64,000 bases of DNA from an uncultured delta proteobacterium (GTDB lineage Bacteria > Desulfobacterota > Syntrophobacteria > Syntrophobacterales > Syntrophobacteraceae), in the NCBI GenBank assembly GCA_963808625.1, contig CAWEHK010000050.1, positions 32,001 through 96,000 of the forward strand. Direction: 5' to 3'. Below, piece by piece: positions 1 through 9,807 of this stretch. Made by a program: the position numbers and the translations under genes. How positions within the stretch are numbered: the first letter of the stretch is position 1; every line of letters begins with the position of its first letter. The notes below the pieces were generated by a model that was not told the origin of the DNA, made no database searches, and saw only the letters and a program-made list of their open reading frames with translations.

Positions 1-84
1 CATGAAATAACCCGGGGTGCGATGCAGGGTATCGAGTATTTCCCGACCGGTCATTTGCGGGGTAATCCGTTCGCGCAATGACAT
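1..84 (-). CDS. 5' end of a gene cut by the window edge, probably pyruvate carboxylase subunit B
   Basis: Reads MSLRERITPQMTGREILDTLHRTPGYFM from ATG at 84, with a GAGGAG RBS, directly downstream of the biotin carboxylase gene. Product is inferred from context only. Confidence 0.55.
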   Translation of the reverse strand, partial: MSLRERITPQMTGREILDTLHRTPGYFM

Positions 85-98
85 AAGCAACCTACTCC

Positions 99-1538
99 TC
101 AAGCGTCGGCATGACGGTTATAACCATGAGCATTGATTTCGGCGACAAATCTGGCCAGTTTCTCCAGTTCCGGGACGTCGTCCTGGTAATCGAGCAGGTG
201 AGGATGAGACTCGATGTAGGAGGTGTCGAAACGTTGCTCGATGAAATCAGGGTCATCAACGATTTGTTTATAATAGGGAATGGTGGTCTGGATTCCGGTT
301 ATGACCAGGCTGTTGAGCGTCCGCCGCATCCGGTCCACCGCCTCACGCCAGGTGAAGCCGTAGACGGTGAGTTTGATCAGCATCGAATCATAGTACCGGG
401 GAATCTCGTATCCCTGATAAACCGCTCCATCCACGCGCGTTCCGTGTCCTCCGGGGGACTGATAGATTTGAATGACACCCGGGTTGGCCATAAAATTCTG
501 CTTGGGGTCCTCGGCATTAATCCGCAACTCGATGGCGTACCCTCGAAAATGCACATCGCTTTGCGCAAAAGAGATCGGGGCACCGGCCGCAATGCGGATC
601 TGTTCCCGAACCAGGTCGATGCCGGTGATCATTTCGGTCACCGTGTGCTCTACCTGGATGCGCGTGTTGACCTCGAGAAAATAGAACCGGTCCTGCTCAT
701 CCAGCAAGAACTCCACGGTACCGGCATTGATGTACTTACAGGCCTTGGCCGCTCTCACCGCAGTATCGCAGACGCGGGCCAAAAGTTCCTGGGGAAGCGA
801 GAACGGGGCAATTTCGATGAGCTTTTGATGGCGTCTCTGGATGGAACAATTCCGGGTGCCCAGGTGGATGACGTTGCTCTGTTGGTCGGCGAGAATTTGC
901 ACCTCGAGATGGCGCGTGCGGGTCAAGGCCTTTTCCAGGTAAACCTCGTCGTTTCCGAACGCCATCTGCGCCTCGGAACGGGCCATTTTCAGGCCTTTGA
1001 TCAGTTCCGAGGCATCCTGCACCGAGCGGATGCCACGCCCCCCGCCCCCTGCCACAGCTTTGATCATGATGGGGAAGCCATACTCATCAGCGAACCGGAT
1101 CGCCTCCTCTTCACCGGCTGCTCCAGGGTCCAGGACCTCGGTGCCGGGAATCATGGGAAGCCCCGCATCGATCATGATGCGGCGCGCAATCACCTTGCTG
1201 CCCATGTCCCGGATAACGTTCGGAGGCGGACCGACAAAAACGAGACCCGCATCGGTGCACTCCTTCGAGAAACTCGGGTTTTCGGCGAGAAAGCCGTAGC
1301 CCGGATGAATGGCTTCGGCACCGGTGGTCTTCGCCGCGTGAATAATCCGCTCAATATTCAGGTAGTCTTTGCGCGGACCCGACCCGATGCAGATCGCTTC
1401 ATCGGCCTTCATGATGTGCATCGCGGCCTTGTCGGTTTCCTCATAGATCGCCACCGTTCGAACTCCGAGTTCCTGAGCCGAACGCATGATACGGATGGCA
1501 ATCTCACCCCGATTGGCTACCAGCAATTTCTTAAACAT
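99..1538 (-). CDS. pycA: Biotin carboxylase subunit (pyruvate carboxylase subunit A type)
   Basis: Motifs ANRGEIA, HPGYGFLAEN, GGGGRG, CSIQRRHQK, EVNTRIQVEH, YYDSM; stand-alone 479 aa. Confidence 0.85.
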   Translation of the reverse strand: MFKKLLVANRGEIAIRIMRSAQELGVRTVAIYEETDKAAMHIMKADEAICIGSGPRKDYLNIERIIHAAKTTGAEAIHPGYGFLAENPSFSKECTDAGLVFVGPPPNVIRDMGSKVIARRIMIDAGLPMIPGTEVLDPGAAGEEEAIRFADEYGFPIMIKAVAGGGGRGIRSVQDASELIKGLKMARSEAQMAFGNDEVYLEKALTRTRHLEVQILADQQSNVIHLGTRNCSIQRRHQKLIEIAPFSLPQELLARVCDTAVRAAKACKYINAGTVEFLLDEQDRFYFLEVNTRIQVEHTVTEMITGIDLVREQIRIAAGAPISFAQSDVHFRGYAIELRINAEDPKQNFMANPGVIQIYQSPGGHGTRVDGAVYQGYEIPRYYDSMLIKLTVYGFTWREAVDRMRRTLNSLVITGIQTTIPYYKQIVDDPDFIEQRFDTSYIESHPHLLDYQDDVPELEKLARFVAEINAHGYNRHADA

Positions 1539-1739
1539 CGCTTCCGCTCACCGTCAAAAAGAGTTTACAAACCATTTCACCGCTTGGCAGCAGCCCTTTG
1601 GCCGCTGGCCTGTTAGGCTCATCTCTTAACACAAGAGGAAGGCAAACATCAATGGACGAGGTGTCCTCTCAGAGGACACGGAATGGATAGGACACACCAT
1701 TACCCGGCAGGATAACCCTAGGGCGTGAACGCAATAGTT

Positions 1740-2003
1740 CTAGATCCGGGCGCCCACCACCCGACCGCCAAAACGGCGCTTTCGATTCAAGGCATTGAGG
1801 TACTGACGGTCCATCAGGTTGCACTTGAATGGCTTGAGGATGGCGTTTATTTCCCGCTGCGGCCGGTTCTCGTCCTGCAGGAGATCCTTAATACTGTTCC
1901 ATTGCGCCACGCTGTAATACTCGCAGCCCCGGCCTTCATTGAAAAACTCACAATGCTGCTGACTCACGTACTTATTGTACCTTCGACAATATTTGATCTT
2001 CAT
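1740..2003 (-). CDS. Small hypothetical protein (87 aa, four Cys)
   Basis: ATG at 2003 with GGAGGG RBS; MKIKYCRRYNKYVSQQHCEFFNEGRGCEYY... Confidence 0.6.
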   Translation of the reverse strand: MKIKYCRRYNKYVSQQHCEFFNEGRGCEYYSVAQWNSIKDLLQDENRPQREINAILKPFKCNLMDRQYLNALNRKRRFGGRVVGARI

Positions 2004-2334
2004 TGCATCCCTCCAATTATAGGATATGTTGGCACTAAATTGATTCAGCAAAAATCGAGCCGGTGATGCTGCACGAAGCACTTGAGAACAAAACTCCGTG
2101 GTGGTTTTTGAACGTCAGTGAGTTCGTCAACGCATACAGGGAGAAGTGAGTGCGAACGAACAGAGCTGGGAACGCTTGCTTAGAAAAAAATCACAATGTT
2201 GCATGGTACCGAAAATCAACTAACAGTATTGATCTAATAAGCACAAGTGCCACGGTTTGTCAATGAAGGAATTTACGACCTGAAGGAGTTCGGTACCCAA
2301 TGAGAAGCGCACTACACGAAGCCGGAGATTTTTC

Positions 2335-2363
2335 TTTACATCAACCGGGCAAGTCGTTATAAG
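2335..2363 (+). promoter_or_regulatory. Sigma70-type promoter of tRNA-Trp
   Basis: TTTACA-N17-TATAAG, 12 nt upstream of the tRNA. Confidence 0.65.
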
Positions 2364-2375
2364 ACCCTAAATCGC

Positions 2376-2452
2376 AGGCCAGTAGCTCTAACGGTTAGAG
2401 CACCGGACTCCAAATCCGGGGGCTGGGGGTTCGAATCCCTCCTGGCCTGCCA
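2376..2452 (+). tRNA. tRNA-Trp (CCA)
   Basis: Acceptor AGGCCAG/CTGGCCT, anticodon arm CCGGA-CTCCAAA-TCCGG, TTCGAATC T-loop, encoded CCA end. Confidence 0.97.
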
Positions 2453-2480
2453 CTTTGTGCAACGCCCGCACATTTTTTTG

Positions 2481-2915
2481 TCAGCTCTGCAGCCGTTCCG
2501 GCAGTTCGGATGTTCCTTCTGATCCTTCGCTGTTTCCGTCTTCCGGACGAGTCCTTTCCCGATGTTGGTTGATCAAGATGGCCAATTCCTGGGCCCCGAT
2601 GGCGGCAAGCTGTTCACCCTGGCCATCCTGTATCGACAAAAATACCCCTTCAGCGTTGTTGCTGATGGTGATCCCTCCTTTTCCTTCCGGTGATACGATG
2701 ATCAGGTTTCGCGTGTTGATGGAATCGGAGCCGACAAATCCGGTCTCAAATCCCCAGGAGACCGTGCGGTAAAGAGCCCCGATTTCCCCCGACATGTACC
2801 CTATCCAAAAATAGAGAAGCAGGATCCACAACCACTGCAATGTCTCTTTTTCGAACCACCCCCCTATCCAGCAAGCGATCAGAAAGACGCCAAAAAGAAT
2901 CAGAATGATGCCCAA
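2481..2915 (-). CDS. Hypothetical membrane protein (two N-terminal TM helices)
   Basis: 144-aa ORF with a hydrophobic N-terminus; start uncertain. Confidence 0.55.
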   Translation of the reverse strand: MGIILILFGVFLIACWIGGWFEKETLQWLWILLLYFWIGYMSGEIGALYRTVSWGFETGFVGSDSINTRNLIIVSPEGKGGITISNNAEGVFLSIQDGQGEQLAAIGAQELAILINQHRERTRPEDGNSEGSEGTSELPERLQS

Positions 2916-3073
2916 GACTTCGCTATGTTGTTCTATTCCTCATGCCGTCCCCATCCTTTAAGCTTTAGCTGCAACAAGAAATCCTCGGAATCTCAATAAA
3001 CGACCTCGAACACCGACTATGCGTCGCTGTATCAGCATTATCGAGACATTTTCATCTGTAAGAAAACAACCTG

Positions 3074-3204
3074 GCAACTTCTCAATAAGCATGGATGCAC
3101 GAGCTCTTCTGGAAGCCCTGACTGGATTCCCGCCAGAAGCATGCGGGAATGACGATCTGAGACTCCCACGGTCCCTTGGGTACCTTAGGTTACTGAGAAG
3201 TTGC
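3074..3204. mobile_element. MITE-like element with 15-bp TIRs enclosing a GGATTCCCGC..GCGGGAATGAC hairpin
   Basis: GCAACTTCTCAATAA (3074-3088) and TTACTGAGAAGTTGC (3190-3204) match 14/15 as inverted repeats; a second right-end copy lies at ~3215-3230. Confidence 0.6.
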
Positions 3205-3301
3205 TTAACCTGAGGTTACTGGGAAGTTGCGTAACCCGGCCTTGTGAGCATTCTCCGGTTGAGGAGCATTTCGCGCCATGACAGGAACATCAGGGCGTTC
3301 C

Positions 3302-3840
3302 CTAACCACCAGCGCCCATCCGTCCCCGCAGCGAATGCTCGGGGTTTGACCTCCAAAATTCGCTCAACCTCTTCCTCGCGGCCTTCTTTCGACCACCCAG
3401 CCGACGAAGCGATCTCCCGCGTACAACACATCATTCACGGAGCTATCCACAAAACTCATGCAAGATTCGATCCGACTCCAGGTATCCCGATCAACCCTGG
3501 CACTCAGGGTATACGCATCGATCGTCAATTGGTCACCGTGGGAAAAGACTTTTACCAGGTGAATGTCCGCGAGGTTCTCCCGGTCACGAAGATCTTCCCG
3601 AAGCGCAACGATTGTCAGCCAATCTTTGCGGGGAACCTCGAGGATCTGGCCGTGCGCCAGGATGCCTTCAACCAAGCCGTCCGGGGTCTTCGCAGCGCCC
3701 CAGCCATCGCAAAGAAAGCGCTCTTCCGCTTTGCCGCCAGGCGGGACGAGATAAGCATAGACATGGTGAACCTCATACTTATCACGTTCGATCGTCAAGC
3801 GAACCGCGTTTCCTGATTTCGTCTCTGTCAATAGCTCCAT
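3302..3840 (-). CDS. Hypothetical protein, C-terminus apparently frameshifted
   Basis: MELLTETKSGNAVRL...FVGWVV continues out of frame as KEGREEEVERILEVKP then EHSLRGRMGAGG*. Confidence 0.6.
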
Positions 3841-3916
3841 TTCCGGTTTGTCCTTGATGTTTATGCAAAGCCATGGTAATAAATCGCTCTAAATATTGAG
3901 ATATCCCAGAGGTCAT

Positions 3917-3994
3917 GGTGGGTGTAGCTCAAGCGGTTAGAGCACTGGGTTGTGGCCCCAGAGGTTGCCGGTTCGAGTCCGGTCACTCACCCCA
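3917..3994 (+). tRNA. tRNA-His (GUG)
   Basis: G(-1)GTGGGTG/CACTCAC-C-CCA acceptor, anticodon arm CTGGG-TTGTGGC-CCCAG, TTCGAGTC T-loop. Confidence 0.97.
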
Positions 3995-4273
3995 TTCCAC
4001 AAGGCATCTTTTGCCTTGCCGGAAGCACTGTGCACCCCGGAGAGGGTCCCCTGCCAGCGCTCAAAATCGGTTTTAGCGACCGGGTCAGGGCCTGAGCTGC
4101 CTTCCCGAATCGGCAGTAAGGTACCGACAATTGGAGCATTTCGCAACCGATTTCTGGGCCTCTGCCTCGCTTATCCGATGCCGATTTAAGGCCACATGAG
4201 CGTTACAAGCTTGCCCTCTTTCACCCTTTTCAGCTTACCCCGAGACCTGGAGCTCATCATGGAGGATCGCGCC

Positions 4274-5117
4274 ATGCAGTTGAGACCATTCGGCAAGACC
4301 GGCATTCAAGTTTCCATGGTCGGTCTTGGCGGCGAAGGCATACTGAGAACGTACGATCGGGAAGAGCATGCCACAGCCGTGATCGAGGAGGCCCTGGCGC
4401 AGGGTGTGACCTATTTCGACTGTGCCAGGGCTTATGCCGGAAGCGAAGGGTACTACGGCCGCGTCTGGTCTGCCCATCCGGAGCTTCGAGCCGGTGTCTT
4501 TCAGGCCGGTAAGTCAGCTCAGCGCACCAGGAAGGGCGCCCTTGCCGATCTCGACGGCACGCTCGCCACGATGCAGATCGACCATCTCGATCTCTGGCAA
4601 ATCCATGACGTGCGCACGGAAGACGACCTCCACAGAATTGCCGGACCGGGTGGAGCTCTCGAGGCTTTTCTCGAAGCCAGGGGCGCCGGCAAAACCCGCT
4701 TCATCGGCGTGACGGGTCATCACGATCCCGAAATTCTTACCCGGGCTGTCAGGGAATGGCCTGTTGATTCCGTGCTGCTACCGGTCAACCCGGTGGAGGG
4801 AGTTCTCCGGGGCTTTCTGGACAGGACCCTGCCCGCCGCCCGGGAACGAGGAATTGCGGTAATCGGCATGAAAGTCCTCGGCGCCTCGCATTATCTTTCC
4901 CCGGAGGGCGGCGTGACCGCAGACCTTCTCATCCGATTTGCCCTGTCTCAAGCGGTGGACGTGGTCGTTGTCGGCTGTTCCTCTCGAGACCAGGTCAGGA
5001 CCCTGGCGCACGGCGGCAAACACTTTCGAACCTCTGCCGCGCGAGTCCCAGGAGCAACTGGTGGAGGCCTTTCGACCCTACGCGAAACAGCTTGCCACCT
5101 ATCGCGGCGTATGGTAG
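4274..5117 (+). CDS. Aldo/keto reductase (frameshift near 5020)
   Basis: RPFGKTG..VSMVGLGG, YFDCARAY, DHLDLWQIH, RFIGVTGH, IGMK. GGAGG RBS precedes ATG 4274. A plausible C-terminus EPLPRESQEQLVEAFRPYAKQLATYRGVW* is in another frame. Confidence 0.85.
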
Positions 5118-5197
5118 CAGACGGTGCCGCAATTCCCGGCCCGATGTCCTGCAGCCCGGAAATAAACCATAGATTTTCCCTCAAATAGCTTCAGACT

Positions 5198-5259
5198 CTG
5201 TGGGGTAGGCTTTCCAGCCTGCCAGTTGGCTCAGGCAGGCTGGAAAGCCTGCCCCACAG
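5198..5259. repeat. REP-like doublet family A (GCAGGCTTTCCAGCCTGCC)
   Basis: 26-bp inverted arms; further copies at 28568-28625 and a single arm at 43839-43864. Confidence 0.85.
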
Positions 5260-5542
5260 GATGCAATGTCGTGAAGGCCATTGAGTATTAGTCACCGGGC
5301 CCGCACACGCTCCAGGCGGTAATCTCATGCCGTCCCGGGTATTCAGCTTGTCTGGGACATTGCAGGAGTTGGCCTCGCCAGGTCCCGGCAGACAGGAAAG
5401 TCCGCCCTCCGTGGTGGCACTGTTCTGGCGGGAATGCAGCCACGCCATGGTTCCCTTGCTCCTTGACATCCCTGCATATGTCGCAACCCATGCGCTCGGG
5501 ACAGGGCATGGCCGCCAGCGACTCAAGGCGAGCGGAAAGGCC

Positions 5543-5571
5543 TTGAACTGACGGGATCGTTCTGTTAAGGT
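5543..5571 (+). promoter_or_regulatory. Candidate selB promoter
   Basis: TTGAAC-N17-TAAGGT with TG extended -10. Confidence 0.45.
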
Positions 5572-5640
5572 ACAGGGCGTCTCAAGATTTGTAGCTCGTT
5601 GCCGTTGCTTATCTCATAATCACATGACGAGAGCCCTTGC

Positions 5641-7665
5641 ATGAAACAAGTTATTCTCGGCACCGCCGGCCACATCGACCACGGTAAGACCTCTCTCATC
5701 AGGGCCCTGACCGGTATCGACACCGACCGGCTCAAAGAGGAGAAGCTGCGAGGCATCACCATCGAGCTGGGTTTTGCCTATATGGACCTCCCGGGTGGTG
5801 ACCGGTTGGGCATCGTCGATGTTCCGGGCCACGAACGCTTCGTCAAGCACATGGTCGCCGGCGCCACGGGCATCGACTTCGTCGCCCTGGTGATTGCCGC
5901 CGATGAGGGGGTCATGCCCCAAACCCGGGAACACATGGAGATCTGCGAGTTGCTTCGCGTGAAGCAGGGTTTGGTGGTGCTTACGAAAATCGACCTCGTG
6001 GATGATCCCGATTGGCTGGAGATGGTTCAGGAAGATGTGACCGACTTCTTGAAGGGCACGTTTCTCGAAGGCAAGCCCATCATCAGGGTCTCTGCCGCCA
6101 CCGGGGAAGGCCTCGAGGAACTCAAACAAGCCCTGGCCAGGCTCGTCGTCGAAATTGAGCCGCGCAGCTCTGACGGCCCTTTTCGCCTGCCCGTCGACCG
6201 CGTTTTCAGCATGCGCGGCTTTGGGACGGTGGTAACCGGGACGAGTGTTGCCGGGAAGTTGCGGATCGGTGACCCGGTGATGGTTTACCCGAAGCAGCAG
6301 AAAACCAAGGTCAGAGGTTTGCAGGTTCACAATGATGAGGTGCAGGAGATCCATGCCGGCCAGCGCACAGCGGTCAACCTCCAGGCCATGGAACGAGCCC
6401 TGATCCAGCGCGGCGATGTGGTGGCCACGCCCGGCGCTCTGGCGCCAACGCACCTGATCGATGTGGAGGTGGAGCTGCTCGCCAGCGCCCCACGCCCCTT
6501 GAAAAACCGGGCAAAAATCCGCTTCCACACGGGGACGGCAGAACATCTCGCAACGGCCGTGCTCCTCGATCGGGAGGAGTTGGCTCCCGGTGAAAAGACC
6601 TTCATCCAGGTCCGTCTCGACCAGCCTGTCACCGCCCTGCGCGGGGACCGGTTTGTGCTCCGTTCCTATTCTCCGGTCCAGACCATTGGCGGGGGAACCA
6701 TTCTTCACCCGCTCCCGCGCAAACATAAAGGCCAGGGCAAACGGCAGGCGGCGATAGCCCTGAGCGCCCTGGTGCATGGCACCGACGAGGAAATCATCTT
6801 GTGGCACGTGCTCGATGCCGGTTGGGCTGGGGTGACCGTGGACGAGCTCCAGGTTCGAGCCAATATCTCCCGAGGGCATCTCGAGAAAGCCCTGCAACGC
6901 TTTGCCAGCCAAAGGAAGCTCATTCTTTTCGATAAGGAGAACCAGCGCTTTCTGCACCCTGGCGTACTGGAGAGCATCCAGCAGGCGGTGCTTGAGATCC
7001 TCGAGAGCTACCATCAGCTTCACCCCCTGAAGACCGGGATGGCCAAAGAGGAGCTTTTGGCACAACTCCCCCACCCTCTCGAGGTGAAACTCTACAATTA
7101 TGTGCTGCGCCAGTTGGCGGACCAGGACCGGATTGCGATGGAACTGGAATGGGTGCGACTGGGTTCGCACAAAATCGCTCTTTCCCAGGAGGAAGAGGGC
7201 ATTCGCGAGAAAATTGCGCGGACCTTCGAGGAAACAGGCCTCCAGCCGCCCTTCTTCAAGGACGTGGCCGCGACCCTCCCCGGAACTCCGCGTCAGCATC
7301 AGGATGTGCTCGATTGGATGATTTCCCAGGGAATTCTGATCAAGGTAAAAGAGGACATTTACTTTCATGCGACTGCCATTGAAGAGCTGCAGCAACGCCT
7401 GGTCGCTTTTTTGAAGGAACAAGGTGAGATCTCGACCCCCCAGTTCAAAGATATGACCCAGGCCAGTCGCAAGTACACCATCCCGCTCCTGGAATATTTC
7501 GATACCCAACGAGTGACCATTCGCATTGGCGATGTGCGCCGTTTGCGTGAGACTGAGAAGCGGTTGATTTGTTTTCTTTCAACCACGAAGGACACGAAGA
7601 ACACGAAGCGTGAAAAAGTTGTTTTGGATGGTTTCCTTCGTGGTCTTCGTGCTCTTCGTGGTTAG
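5641..7665 (+). CDS. selB: Selenocysteine-specific elongation factor SelB
   Basis: [46 protein letters not shown] and C-terminal winged helix [13 protein letters not shown]. Confidence 0.95.
   Translation: MKQVILGTAGHIDHGKTSLIRALTGIDTDRLKEEKLRGITIELGFAYMDLPGGDRLGIVDVPGHERFVKHMVAGATGIDFVALVIAADEGVMPQTREHMEICELLRVKQGLVVLTKIDLVDDPDWLEMVQEDVTDFLKGTFLEGKPIIRVSAATGEGLEELKQALARLVVEIEPRSSDGPFRLPVDRVFSMRGFGTVVTGTSVAGKLRIGDPVMVYPKQQKTKVRGLQVHNDEVQEIHAGQRTAVNLQAMERALIQRGDVVATPGALAPTHLIDVEVELLASAPRPLKNRAKIRFHTGTAEHLATAVLLDREELAPGEKTFIQVRLDQPVTALRGDRFVLRSYSPVQTIGGGTILHPLPRKHKGQGKRQAAIALSALVHGTDEEIILWHVLDAGWAGVTVDELQVRANISRGHLEKALQRFASQRKLILFDKENQRFLHPGVLESIQQAVLEILESYHQLHPLKTGMAKEELLAQLPHPLEVKLYNYVLRQLADQDRIAMELEWVRLGSHKIALSQEEEGIREKIARTFEETGLQPPFFKDVAATLPGTPRQHQDVLDWMISQGILIKVKEDIYFHATAIEELQQRLVAFLKEQGEISTPQFKDMTQASRKYTIPLLEYFDTQRVTIRIGDVRRLRETEKRLICFLSTTKDTKNTKREKVVLDGFLRGLRALRG
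7581..7663. repeat. 9-mer-periodic inverted repeat family (ACCACGAAG../ACCGCAGAG..)
   Basis: AACCACGAAGGACACGAAGAACACGAAG ... CTTCGTGGTCTTCGTGCTCTTCGTGGTT. Related arms near 8067-8383, 9609, 12867-12950, 16557, 34405-34560, 44877, 46952, 50928-51010, 51899, 54590 and 61463-61533. Confidence 0.85.
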
Positions 7666-7747
7666 GACAGGAATAGAAACGGGAAACTCAACAAGCCTGC
7701 CATCAGGCATCTCTGCACCACATCAATGAGAGAAGGAGGAGAACAAA

Positions 7748-8038
7748 ATGCTCAAGCACGTGGTCTTCATGAAATTCAACGAAGGGGTGACGGACGCTCA
7801 AATTTCCAGCCTGGAAAACGCGCTCAGTGGGCTTCCTGCCAAAATCCCGGAGATCAAGGGCATGCAGTTTGGCCGGGATGTCGTCCGTTCCGAACGGTCC
7901 TACGACTTCTCTTTGGTCTCGGATTTTGACAACCTCGAAGCCATGAAGCGCTACCAGGTGCACCCCCATCATCTCCCGGTCATCGCCTTGGTGCGCACCC
8001 TCAGCGCCAGCATTCTGGCCGTCGATTTCGAGTATTAA
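7748..8038 (+). CDS. Dabb family stress-responsive alpha/beta barrel protein
   Basis: MLKHVVFMKF...LPAKIPEI...YDFSLVSDFD...YQVHPHH...AVDFE; AGGAGGAG RBS. Confidence 0.9.
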   Translation: MLKHVVFMKFNEGVTDAQISSLENALSGLPAKIPEIKGMQFGRDVVRSERSYDFSLVSDFDNLEAMKRYQVHPHHLPVIALVRTLSASILAVDFEY

Positions 8039-8397
8039 CCGGATAGCGGCCAACATCTGCTTTTCTACCGCAGAGAACACAGCGCGGCGTAGCCGTAACC
8101 AAAAGAATTAACCGCAGAGAGCGCAGAGGACGCAGAGAAACAAAGAGCCAAAGAAAACTCTTGCCTGAATTTTAAGAAACTGAATGTTAGCAGGGCAGAG
8201 TGCACAGCGCGGCGTAGCCGCTCCAAAATTGGGTGGGAATTTTAACGATACCAAGAGGTTCCAAAGAAAATCTTGGCAAAAAAACAAGAAACTCGGCATT
8301 AGTATCACAGAGATCGCAGAGAATAAGGCCTGTCTTCTTTATGTCTGTGGTTTTCTCTGCGTACTCTGCGCTCTCTGCGGTGAAAAAAATGGCTGGC

Positions 8398-9586
8398 TCA
8401 ACCAGGCTGGCCCGGCCCCTGATAATTGGTCAGAAGGTGGGTAAAGAGGCGCACGCCGACGTCGAGGACTCTTTCATCCAGGTCGAAGAAGGGCGAGTGG
8501 AGCCCGTGGAGGGCACCCTGCGTCGGGTTGTGACAGCCCACACGGAGGAGCATGCCGGGAAATTTTTGCAGGAAGAAGGCAAAGTCCTCGGCGCCCATGC
8601 GCGGCGGACCGTGGTGGACAGAATCATCACCCAGCAAAACTCTCGCCTGGCCTTCGACGAATCCCGCGAGGCGAGGGTCGTTTACCAAGAGGGGATAGCC
8701 ACCCGCCGATCTCCAACTCGGCCACGACTCCGTGCGCCATCTCAAGCCCTTTCAACAACTCGTGCACACGTTCCAGGACCCGCTCCCGCACTTCCGGGCT
8801 CAGGGTGCGCAGGGTCCCTTTCAGGATTGCCTCCCGGGGGATAATGTTGCGGGCGGTCCCGGCGTGAAAGCTCCCAATGGTCAGCACGGCGCTCTCCGTG
8901 GCGGCAAGGCTGCGGCTGATGATGGTCTGGAGTTGCATGATCAAGCAGGCGCCGGCGACGATGGGGTCGATGCAGGCCTGCGGTTGGGCCCCGTGGCCGC
9001 CTTTGCCGATGAGGCGGATGTTGATATTGTCGGAGGCGGCGTTGCTGACGCCCGGCGCGAAGGCGATATGACCGACAGGGAGGTCCGGGTGCATGTGACC
9101 GGCAAAGATCGCGGAAATGGGCTCGGCATCGAGCACCCCGCTTTCGAGCATCGCCCGTGCCCCGGCCCCGCCTTCTTCCGCCGGCTGAAAGATGAAAAGG
9201 ATTTTCCCGGCCCCTGTTTCCGGCCAGCCGCTTTCCACCAGGGACTTTGCGACGCCAAGGAGGATGGTCACATGGGCATCGTGGCCGCAGGCGTGCATGA
9301 TGCCGGGGTGCTGGGAGCGATACGGAACGTCGTTTTGTTCATCGAGCGGCAGGGCGTCCATGTCGGCGCGCATGGCTACGGTTGGGCCGGGTTTTGCCGC
9401 GGTGAGACTGGCGACGACACCGGTCTTGCCGATCTGGTCCCGAGCTGAAACACCGACCTGGCGGAGCACTTCGACGATCTTTGCCGCGGTTTTTTCCTCG
9501 CGGTAGGCCAGCTCAGGGAATTGATGGAAGTGCCGGCGCAGAGCGACCAACCAGTTGTGAAAGGGGGTCAATTCAATTTCAGCCAT
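8398..9586 (-). CDS. M20D family amidohydrolase (frameshift near 8710)
   Basis: RRHFHQFPEL, RADMDALP, MHACGHDAH, FQPAEEG, GKGGHGA; second frame has MGAEDFAF and LHSPFFDLDE. Confidence 0.88.
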
Positions 9587-9659
9587 GTAGTTCTCCAAGC
9601 CAGGCGACCTTCGTGTTGTTCGTGTGTTTCGTGGTAGGAAATCACACCCGAGCCAAAAG

Positions 9660-9697
9660 CAAAAGCCCGCTCCCTCAACAAGAGAAAAAGCGGGCTT
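9660..9697 (-). terminator. Probable intrinsic terminator of the carboxyltransferase gene
   Basis: AAGCCCGCT...AGCGGGCTT stem followed by T residues on the minus strand. Confidence 0.5.
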
Positions 9698-9807
9698 CCT
9701 TCTTTACCGGATCACAATACATCAACTTCAGGAATAGCGGAGATCTACGCTAACTTGCTTACCCTTCGGTCGATCCCGACTATCTCAGGTCCTCATCCCC
9801 CGATTTC

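Noticed and set aside
2376..3994. Prophage or island integrated at tRNA-Trp or tRNA-His
   Set aside because: No integrase and no duplicated tRNA 3' end seen.
5288..5509. 73-aa Cys-rich ORF between the reductase and selB
   Set aside because: No clear RBS or family motif; cannot be supported as a gene.
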